This document shows, one piece after another, positions 1 through 7,258 of a DNA stretch of 16,981 bases (positions are counted from its first letter, which is position 1; each line of letters opens with the position of its first letter). The notes beneath the pieces are model-generated. The model had not been told where the DNA came from. It saw only the letters and a program-made list of their open reading frames with translations, and did no database searches. Location: assembly GCA_040225955.1 (NCBI GenBank), contig JBECUL010000047.1:1-16981 (forward strand), in the 5' to 3' direction. Origin of the DNA: Candidatus Asgardarchaeum abyssi (GTDB taxonomy: Archaea; Asgardarchaeota; Asgardarchaeia; Asgardarchaeales; Asgardarchaeaceae). The position numbers and the translations under genes were made by a program.

Positions 1-43
1 AGCAGGAGTCCCCTTAAGTAAATTTTTAATCTGATTATAATTT

Positions 44-913
44 TCAAAAGGCATCATGAATTACTTTTGTGAGTTCTAATGAAAAACTAATGAATTCTGG
101 AAGAAGAGAGTATCCCTCAAATTCAAGCGGTAGATATTCACTTATAATGATAAATAAGTACTTCTTCGCTCTCTTCTTCGTCATAATAATGTATACATGA
201 CCATCTAACGAGAACATCTCGGCATACTGATTTAGAAGTTTAAGGGTGTTAGTTTCATTTAATTCGGCTAAGTCAGTCTCTTCGTTATTAATAAAAAGTA
301 TCCACTTATGTTCATCATATATTAACTTAATTTCGTGCTTTATATCAAATTCTAACTCTTTTTCAACAACTAATAGTTTTCCTTGATAACCTAAAAAGTC
401 TTGAATGCAGTATATTCTTATTTTTTTATCTTTTCCCATAGTGTAAGTTTCTCCTCTCGGACCAAAAACTACATACTGGGGGAATGATGAGGAGAGTAAA
501 ATTATCTCCTTTTCTGTAGGAAGCCTCTCAATTTCTATACTGTGGTTCATATTTTTCTCAAAAACGCTCTTCTCGATATCTATTAGTAAAAGTACATCAT
601 CTGCTAATTTTTCTCTTTCTAATGCCTTTTTAACTTGCAGATTATGAAGTATACCCAAGACTATATTAATTGGAAATACAATAAGTGTTATTGCAAAAAT
701 TGATTGCATCAAAAGAAATGAAAATGCTTGTGAAAGATCTAAGAAGATTGGTTTAAAAAATAGAGATAGGAAGATCATTGCAATTAGTGTTTCTATTAGT
801 AAAAATTTTGTTGAGCGAAAGAGTGTAAATCTAGGATCATATTTTACTTCGAAAACTCTCTTAATTTTCTTTTTGATCTCATTTCTTAATTTTTCTATTT
901 CTTGATATTCCAA
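44..913 (-). CDS. Hypothetical membrane protein (two N-terminal TM helices plus a soluble C-terminal domain)
   Basis: 289-aa ORF with TTG start preceded by a GAGGGA SD-like motif. Hydrophobic stretches at about aa 38-58 and 63-88. No family recognised. Confidence 0.7.
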   Translation of the reverse strand: MEYQEIEKLRNEIKKKIKRVFEVKYDPRFTLFRSTKFLLIETLIAMIFLSLFFKPIFLDLSQAFSFLLMQSIFAITLIVFPINIVLGILHNLQVKKALEREKLADDVLLLIDIEKSVFEKNMNHSIEIERLPTEKEIILLSSSFPQYVVFGPRGETYTMGKDKKIRIYCIQDFLGYQGKLLVVEKELEFDIKHEIKLIYDEHKWILFINNEETDLAELNETNTLKLLNQYAEMFSLDGHVYIIMTKKRAKKYLFIIISEYLPLEFEGYSLLPEFISFSLELTKVIHDAF

Positions 914-932
914 AATAATCCCTCATAATGAT

Positions 933-1163
933 TTAAAATAATAAAGCTAAATGAACTGCAACAAAAAATATTGTATATCCAAAGCTTAGAGAAATTATAA
1001 GTATCGCAATCACTACTTTCTTTATTGAAAAACGCTCACTATACTCAACATGATAAATTAACCATATTGATGCAAAAATGCCTATTATGAAAATCGCCAA
1101 TACAATATAAGGAATCAGCCAAGGACCTAATTTTGGTAACCACTCTGGCCAACTTATTTGCAT
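933..1163 (-). CDS. Small two-TM protein, probable OST5/TMEM258-like oligosaccharyltransferase subunit
   Basis: GGAGG SD at 1171-1175 favours the ATG at 1163 over 1169. The pattern P-x(3)-P-Y...IGIF..(W)...E...K...I....SL..GY...F lines up by eye with human TMEM258 as I recall it (P-x(3)-P-H...IGMF..(W)...E...K..LI....SL..GF...F), with similar length (~76-79 aa). Confidence 0.6.
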   Translation of the reverse strand: MQISWPEWLPKLGPWLIPYIVLAIFIIGIFASIWLIYHVEYSERFSIKKVVIAILIISLSFGYTIFFVAVHLALLF

Positions 1164-1250
1164 GATCATACCTCCATTTTAAAGACATATAGTAGTATCG
1201 TTTTGATAAAAAGAAATGTATTTTCTTATCAATTTTTTGCTATAATAAAT

Positions 1251-1349
1251 GGTAACATTTGAGAATAGGTGATATAACACCGTTTTAGCACTTAGGAGTT
1301 GAAGGCTCATGGTAAATCATTTATAAATCACCCATTTTCGGATGTTACC
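1251..1349. mobile_element. MITE (non-autonomous IS derivative), 99 bp
   Basis: Left end GGTAACATTTGAGAATAGGTGAT (1251-1273) versus reverse complement of the right end GGTAACATCCGAAAATGGGTGAT (1327-1349): 19/23 identical. Flanked exactly by the direct repeat TAATAAAT at 1243-1250 and 1350-1357. Confidence 0.8.
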
Positions 1350-1357
1350 TAATAAAT

Positions 1358-2584
1358 TTAAAACAGTCTTATCTTTCCTTCAACAAGCTCATTTGTTAAT
1401 TTTGTAACATTTGCAACCTCACTTTCAACTAGGGAGGATATTTCTGATTTGATAACATTCCACTTCTCAGGGCTATTTACTCTTATAGAAACACTTACTA
1501 CTTGTGGTTGAGTGATAGGCTTTCCTATTTGACTTAGGATTTCAACGTATGCTTCATCTACATACTCAACTTTCTCTATAATTTGATTAGCAATTCTATT
1601 AGCAAGTACTGTATATATCTTCCCAACATGATTTACAGGGTTCTTCCCCGCTGTCGCTTCAAGTGTCATGGGCCTAAACGGTGTAATTAAACCATTAACT
1701 CTATTTCCTCTACCTACTTGGCCATCATCACCAGCCTCAGAACTAGTCCCAGTAACGGTAAGATATACGGATGGATTTTCTGGATCTACTATATCAGCAG
1801 TATTTACGAATATCTTCACCTCATACTCTGGAACAAGCTTAGCTGATAGATCTTTAACTTTCTCGATTATTCTATCTTTAACATCTAAATAATGATCCAA
1901 ATTAGGTATTAGTGATGCTATAGTAGCTACAGCTATTGTTAAATTCACAGTATTTCCTCTTCGTAATCCCATAACCTTAATATCTTCCCCTATTTCGGGA
2001 ATTTCTTTTTTTACGTCCTTTGAGTTTAGTAACGTTTCTGTTTCTAGGACTAGTTTTTCCAAGGGGGATAAGGGAGCAAACGATACGCCTACAGAAGTAT
2101 CATTTGCTAAAGGTGCTTCGCTTTTCGCATTAAAGATTGCACGAAGATCTTGCGATCCAGAACGAACTTTATAGTCTGGCATTATATGTAGATCTGGATC
2201 TAAAAACCTAAAGTTCCTTTTTATATAATCACGTATAGCAGATAGTACTATTGGCCCGACTGGAACTTCTACTTCGCCACCATCTTCAAGTCTTACACGA
2301 TTAGTAACCCTACCAACTACTAAAATATAGATAGGATCTAGAACATCGCCGCCTCCAAAGTCAACTTGAACCGAGCCTCCAACCAAGACTGCTTTATCAA
2401 CATTGTGATGCAATATAGTCCCGAATTGTTCTATGTAATATTTACTTAACCTTCTGCTAACTTCGTCAACTATAGCATCACATATCGTATCTGGATGTCC
2501 AATTCCCTTACGTTCTACGATCTCAATGTCTCTTTTACTTACAGGTACATCGGTTAATTGCATAATGTCGACAAAATCCATCAT
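1358..2584 (-). CDS. mat: Archaeal-type S-adenosylmethionine synthetase (methionine adenosyltransferase)
   Basis: Motifs [45 protein letters not shown] and [12 protein letters not shown]. An AGGTGA SD places the start at 2584 or 2581, not the ORF-track 2659. Confidence 0.97.
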   Translation of the reverse strand: MMDFVDIMQLTDVPVSKRDIEIVERKGIGHPDTICDAIVDEVSRRLSKYYIEQFGTILHHNVDKAVLVGGSVQVDFGGGDVLDPIYILVVGRVTNRVRLEDGGEVEVPVGPIVLSAIRDYIKRNFRFLDPDLHIMPDYKVRSGSQDLRAIFNAKSEAPLANDTSVGVSFAPLSPLEKLVLETETLLNSKDVKKEIPEIGEDIKVMGLRRGNTVNLTIAVATIASLIPNLDHYLDVKDRIIEKVKDLSAKLVPEYEVKIFVNTADIVDPENPSVYLTVTGTSSEAGDDGQVGRGNRVNGLITPFRPMTLEATAGKNPVNHVGKIYTVLANRIANQIIEKVEYVDEAYVEILSQIGKPITQPQVVSVSIRVNSPEKWNVIKSEISSLVESEVANVTKLTNELVEGKIRLF

Positions 2585-2688
2585 TATGATCACCTTTAAA
2601 TTGAAACTATATGAAAAACTATGACTCAATAAATAAATTTTTTGTATAAATATAATCAAAAAAATTACTCAGAGTAATAAAAATAGTA

Positions 2689-3441
2689 TTATGCCTTAAA
2701 TGAATATTCTATTTTATATTTTGAATCATCAAACTCAATAGTTCTTATAAGTTTTCCTATTCTAATAGCTTTTTGTCTTTTTATACTAGCACTGGAATCT
2801 TTATACTCAGGTGGTATTTCCAGTTTAGTAACAACTATCTTGTGCCTTAATGTGAATTTGTTAATATCAGTTATTTTGTCCTTAAAGTCGGGTGCTATTT
2901 CATTTAATATGATGCTATTAATTTCTTCAGAGGGGGGAACAATCAACTTAACAAAATCAAGTGCTACTGAAACATCAGCTGATGATTTTGACGGTTTAGG
3001 AAAAGATGTTTTACAGGTAATCTTAAGCGTTCTTGCTACCTTTTTATCTAATGGAGTTATAGTTAGGAATAGATATTCCTCATAGAGCATTTTTGAAATT
3101 AGTTCCTTTAATTTTTCTTTATTTAGTATTGTTTCCACTTTCACTTCATACAATAATTCTTTAGATTTCATTGGTTGAATTCCAAAGTTTCTCAGAAAGT
3201 CTGTATAGTCTTTATGACTATATATTTTCCCAGAAATCTTATAGTCGCACTCTTCTAAATTTCTAACAAATATATCCATTAGCAAAGATTCGTATCCGAA
3301 AGACCCAGAGAACGTAACCTTATTTTTCGATATATTTACTTGTAATACTGGACCTTCGAATTCTCCACGGCCATACTTTACAAATTCTCTATGTACCCCT
3401 TCATCGATTTTATTCATAATTATTTTTGTGATATAATGCAT
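2689..3441 (-). CDS. Hypothetical protein (soluble, 250 aa)
   Basis: Long ORF with a GGAGGA SD, co-directional between RLI and MAT. No function recognised. Confidence 0.8.
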   Translation of the reverse strand: MHYITKIIMNKIDEGVHREFVKYGRGEFEGPVLQVNISKNKVTFSGSFGYESLLMDIFVRNLEECDYKISGKIYSHKDYTDFLRNFGIQPMKSKELLYEVKVETILNKEKLKELISKMLYEEYLFLTITPLDKKVARTLKITCKTSFPKPSKSSADVSVALDFVKLIVPPSEEINSIILNEIAPDFKDKITDINKFTLRHKIVVTKLEIPPEYKDSSASIKRQKAIRIGKLIRTIEFDDSKYKIEYSFKA

Positions 3442-3500
3442 TGTTTTTCCTCCTTAAATCGTACACAAGGTAAATAGCACTTTCCAGATATATTAAAATA

Positions 3501-5315
3501 TCAGTTTTCTTCCTCTTCTGGTAATCCAGTTAATGCAACATAATAAAATTCTCCAATTTGCTTTTGATACCTGTCAAGCCTTGATCCCTCTTTATTAACT
3601 CTCGGTCTCCCTGTTTGAGGATCTCTTCTAAATGTTATATCTACATCTTTAAGGAACTTGTTCATAGCCGTTCTTAGATCTAATGGTGTTGTAGCAAATC
3701 CTTCCATAGCTGGTTTGCCCGAAAATACTATCATACTATCGCTTATTAAGTCCTGAACTATTAAATCATGTTCTACTATAAAGGCAGCGGCATCTCTACT
3801 CTTAATTACTCTTCTTACGATTTTTGCCATTGCAAATCTTTCTTCTACATCAAGGTACGCACTTGGCTCATCCAAGAGATATAAATCAGCATCCCTGCCA
3901 AGAGTTGCAGCAATAGCAACTCTTTGTAACTCTCCACCACTGAGGGTCTTTATATCTTGATCCATAATTCTTTCTATACCAAGGGGACGCAACACCATAG
4001 TAAGATACGATGTATCATGTAGCTTATCACCAACTACTTTTCGTAAGAACATTCTAACTGATCCGCTAAAGTCTGCTTTAAGATACTGAGGTTTGTATGC
4101 AACTTTAAGTCCTTCTAATTTTAATTCTATGTTATCTGGTTTTATAATACCAGCAAGAAGCTTAACAAATGTCGTTTTACCTATTCCATTAGGTCCAAGT
4201 ATTCCTATTATCTCACCCTTGTGAATTACTCCTGCAGATGTATGAAGTGTAAAACCATCAAGACTTTTTATCAACTCCGGATATTCTAGTAAGATATCTT
4301 CTGAGGACCAAGAACTTTCGAGAGACGCAGTTACACTAAAGCGTATTGGTTCATCTCGAAATCTGATATTTTCTTCGGGTATCATTCCATCTAAATAGAT
4401 ATTTATTCCATTCCTTACTGAATAGGGAAGTGAAATAATACCATATGCCCCTGGCCTACCATAAACTATAGAAACATAGTCAGATAGATAATCTAGAACG
4501 GCTAAATCATGCTCCACTATGATTACAGTTTTTCCAATGGTAGAAAGGCTATGTATAAGTTTAGCAACACGAATTCTTTCTCTCACATCTAAATAACTTG
4601 ACGGCTCGTCGAATATATAAACATCAGCATCTCTTAAGAAAACAGCAGCTATTGCTATTTTTTGCAACTCTCCACCAGAGAGTAAAGAAACTTTTCTATC
4701 CCAGATGTTTGTAAGTTCAAGAATGTCTTTAATCTCATCAATTTTTCCTCTTTCATCAGCTTTCTGTAAAAGTTCATTTACATTCCCTTTAATAACTGAA
4801 GGTATTTCTGTTATATACTGTGGTTTAAAAACAACTTTCAATTTGTCATTTGCTAATCTTGTAAAGTAAGCCTGTAATTCACTTCCCTTAAAATATTCTA
4901 TAATTTCATCCCAATCTGGAGGGCTCTCATAATTTCCTAGATTAGGTTTGATTTTTCCAGCAAGTATTTTTAGCGCTGTAGATTTACCAGCACCATTAGG
5001 GCCTATTAAGCCAGAAACCTTTCTAAATTTAGGAACTATCATTCTATATAATCTAAACATATTTGGCCCATATTGGTGAACTATACCCTCTTTGAATTCT
5101 TCAGGTAGGTTAATTATCGTTATAGCCTTAAATGGACATTTCTTTACACATATACCGCAACCAATACACAAGGTCTCTGATATTATAGGATACCCATCCT
5201 CACCAAAAGTAATACAAGAACTGCCAACTCTAACTACTGGGCAAAAACGATAACATTCTTTCTGACAATCTTTGAATTTACACTTGTCTCTGTCAATAAC
5301 CGCTATTCTTACCAT
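3501..5315 (-). CDS. rli: ABCE1/RLI ribosome-recycling ATPase
   Basis: N-terminal Fe-S domain (CKFKDCQKECYRFCP; CIGCGICVKKCP), two Walker A motifs (GPNGAGKS, GPNGIGKT), two LSGGELQ signatures, DEPS Walker B motifs and C-terminal ITFRRD...GRPRVNK. Confidence 0.98.
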   Translation of the reverse strand: MVRIAVIDRDKCKFKDCQKECYRFCPVVRVGSSCITFGEDGYPIISETLCIGCGICVKKCPFKAITIINLPEEFKEGIVHQYGPNMFRLYRMIVPKFRKVSGLIGPNGAGKSTALKILAGKIKPNLGNYESPPDWDEIIEYFKGSELQAYFTRLANDKLKVVFKPQYITEIPSVIKGNVNELLQKADERGKIDEIKDILELTNIWDRKVSLLSGGELQKIAIAAVFLRDADVYIFDEPSSYLDVRERIRVAKLIHSLSTIGKTVIIVEHDLAVLDYLSDYVSIVYGRPGAYGIISLPYSVRNGINIYLDGMIPEENIRFRDEPIRFSVTASLESSWSSEDILLEYPELIKSLDGFTLHTSAGVIHKGEIIGILGPNGIGKTTFVKLLAGIIKPDNIELKLEGLKVAYKPQYLKADFSGSVRMFLRKVVGDKLHDTSYLTMVLRPLGIERIMDQDIKTLSGGELQRVAIAATLGRDADLYLLDEPSAYLDVEERFAMAKIVRRVIKSRDAAAFIVEHDLIVQDLISDSMIVFSGKPAMEGFATTPLDLRTAMNKFLKDVDITFRRDPQTGRPRVNKEGSRLDRYQKQIGEFYYVALTGLPEEEEN

Positions 5316-5369
5316 AAAAAACCTCCAAAAGATACTCTAAAGGAAACAAGAACAGTGCAAATTTAAAAT

Positions 5370-6308
5370 TTATGAAAGATTGTATTTTATCCCTGCTCTC
5401 ACTTTTTCATCTTTTTCAGTCATTACTGCCCAACCTAGATTCTTAGTCAAATGCCCTATTCCTATTTCACCATTTCGGTCTATAACTATCACGCCAAACT
5501 GAGGATCAGGAATTCTTCTCTTTGCTACTTCAAATACTAATTTTATAGCATTGGTTGGAGAAAGACCTTGAATAATAAGAGAGTTTATTCTGCACGCTAC
5601 AGCAAGTTTAACTATATGTTCACCTATTCCAGTAGCGCTAATAGCAGCACCCTCATTATCTGCATATGTCCCGCATCCGATTAATGGTGTATCTCCTATT
5701 CTTCCTGGAAGTTTTAAAGTTAAGCCACCAGTTGATGTAGCAGCTGCTAAATTGCCATCAGAGTCGATAGCTACAGCACCAACAGTATCAAAGAACATGT
5801 CCATCTCTTTTAATAGCTTATAGTTTTTAGATAAATAGCTTAAATTGTTTTTCGAAAATTTATCCTTAAGTTCCATCCACTTTTCTCTTGACCGTGGCGA
5901 GATTAAATTTTCCTCTAATGGAATTTTAAATTTATTAGCTAGTTTTTCTAAGAAATCTCCTGCGATGAGGACGTGATCTGTTTTCTCCATAATTATCCGA
6001 GCTAAAGATATGGGATATTTTATTCGCTTGGCAAGTGCGACAGCACCACAATTTAGAGTACGCCCATCCATTATTGCCGCATCCATTTCTATATGACCAT
6101 TTATATTTAAAGCAGAACCATACCCCGCATTAAATACAGGGTTTTCTTCTAGCTCTTTTACAGCTGCTTCGACAGCATCAAGAGCAATACCACCGCTTTT
6201 TAGTATTTCGTACCCAATCTCAGCTGCTTTGCTAACACCTTTTAGTACACTATTAACATATTTTTCTTTAACCCTTCCAGCTCCACCATGTACTACTATT
6301 CTGTACAT
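5370..6308 (-). CDS. Isoaspartyl peptidase/L-asparaginase (Ntn-hydrolase, asparaginase type 2)
   Basis: VVHGGAG, FNAGYGS, EMDAAIMDG, autoproteolytic site D|TVGAVA, ATSTGG, GRIGDTP and TGIGE. Confidence 0.95.
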   Translation of the reverse strand: MYRIVVHGGAGRVKEKYVNSVLKGVSKAAEIGYEILKSGGIALDAVEAAVKELEENPVFNAGYGSALNINGHIEMDAAIMDGRTLNCGAVALAKRIKYPISLARIIMEKTDHVLIAGDFLEKLANKFKIPLEENLISPRSREKWMELKDKFSKNNLSYLSKNYKLLKEMDMFFDTVGAVAIDSDGNLAAATSTGGLTLKLPGRIGDTPLIGCGTYADNEGAAISATGIGEHIVKLAVACRINSLIIQGLSPTNAIKLVFEVAKRRIPDPQFGVIVIDRNGEIGIGHLTKNLGWAVMTEKDEKVRAGIKYNLS

Positions 6309-6450
6309 GAGAACAACACCTCAGTGCTGTGACGTTTTCGTTTTGAAATATAAAAATATTTGAATATAGCGCGTTAATTCTCCTTTCAATGTTTAATATT
6401 TTTAAGTTCTAAGAAGAAAAATGATATGTTATAACATGAGGTGAAGATGT

Positions 6451-6843
6451 ATGAATAGGAATTATGACAAATTTAGTGAAGACTATTGGAAAGGGGTCCT
6501 AGATGCATTATCACTTATTGAAGATTTTATTTACTGGCAGAGAGAACATCCAGACGAAAGTAAAGATATCTTAGAATTTGTTCAAGAGTGCATTAGTGAG
6601 GTTAGGAAAAAAATAGGTCCTTCTCTTCTTGACATATTGGGAATTGCCTTTGCTAAGGAAAGAAAAGAAGAAATTGACAAAACGAAAGAATCCACCTTAT
6701 ATGTAGAAACGACTTCGACAAGAGAAAGTGAACCACAACAAAAAATTCAAGAGAGAGGAGAGACAGCAGAATCAAGTGAGAATGAGATAATTTCAGAGAT
6801 TGATAAGTTAGACTTAGATTTAAATGATACAGAGGGTAACTGA
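6451..6843 (+). CDS. Hypothetical protein: helical N-terminus, acidic low-complexity C-terminal tail
   Basis: 130-aa ORF with a GAGGTGA SD and a T-rich terminator downstream. Confidence 0.8.
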   Translation: MNRNYDKFSEDYWKGVLDALSLIEDFIYWQREHPDESKDILEFVQECISEVRKKIGPSLLDILGIAFAKERKEEIDKTKESTLYVETTSTRESEPQQKIQERGETAESSENEIISEIDKLDLDLNDTEGN

Positions 6844-6855
6844 TAAATAATAAGA

Positions 6856-6890
6856 TTTCTTCTTTTTATATTTTCAAAATAAAAAAGAAA
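6856..6890. terminator. Bidirectional oligo-T terminator region
   Basis: T-rich TTTCTTCTTTTTATATTTT (6856-6874) on + after ORF 6451-6843. A-rich AAAATAAAAAAGAAA (6876-6890) reads as a T-tract on -. Confidence 0.55.
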
Positions 6891-6898
6891 CAGTCATC

Positions 6899-7098
6899 AA
6901 GTGCTAGGTTGATTTTAGGGCCCAATTGCCCTAAGTATAACTTACTATTTAGTATTTAACAAAAACATCGCCGCCTAATATATTACTTTGATATTTTTGA
7001 CATTAAGGCGGCTCTGAACCAAGACTTTCTGAAATATATGAAACTTAAAAATTTTCACAGTAATATGTATTTGGTTTCCCTATCAACCCAGCACTTTC
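6899..7098 (-). ncRNA. Candidate structured ncRNA of unknown class (~200 nt, multi-branched)
   Basis: 15-bp closing helix 7082-7096/6899-6913, fully paired with one G-U only on the minus strand. Internal stems at 7017-7022/7071-7076, 6970-6981/7000-7012 and 6915-6921/6928-6934. BRE/TATA upstream and U-tract downstream on the same strand. Confidence 0.65.
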
Positions 7099-7121
7099 AA
7101 GATAATATATCTCTATCATTC

Positions 7122-7136
7122 TATTAAAACTTTTTT
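7122..7136 (-). promoter_or_regulatory. Archaeal BRE + TATA box for the candidate ncRNA
   Basis: Minus strand reads AAAAAAG-TTTTAATA, ending about 24 nt upstream of G7098, which is where the closing helix begins. Confidence 0.55.
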
Positions 7137-7258
7137 ATTATAGAGAAATAATTTTTAAGGATACTTATGATTTTTAAAGAAAGAGTAAGAATTTTAATAA
7201 TCTTATTTACTATTTATCAGAGAATGCTAACGAAGTATATCAGCAGAATGGTGATTTT

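Noticed and set aside
1203-1232. Inverted repeat TTGATAA...TTATCAA upstream of the OST5-like gene
   Set aside because: Short and AT-rich. It could be an operator or terminator but cannot be distinguished from chance.
1287-1294. TAGCACTT shared between the MITE interior and the 3' end of the candidate ncRNA
   Set aside because: An 8-nt match is expected by chance, and there is no extended similarity.
2585-2659. N-terminal extension of MAT in the ORF track (likewise comB 14352-14459 and moaE 10464-10505)
   Set aside because: These run through AT-rich promoter DNA or overlap neighbouring genes. SD motifs and family homology support downstream starts.
6899-7096. Interpreting the 15-bp terminal inverted repeat as a second MITE
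   Set aside because: There is no convincing target-site duplication (only a 2-bp TC on each side), while promoter, terminator, G-U strand bias and several internal stems favour an RNA gene. Not fully excluded without a copy-number search.
6899-7098. Identity as RNase P, SRP, 5S, tRNA, C/D or H/ACA RNA, or a riboswitch for acdA
   Set aside because: Diagnostic motifs were not found on either strand, and the preferred strand points away from acdA.
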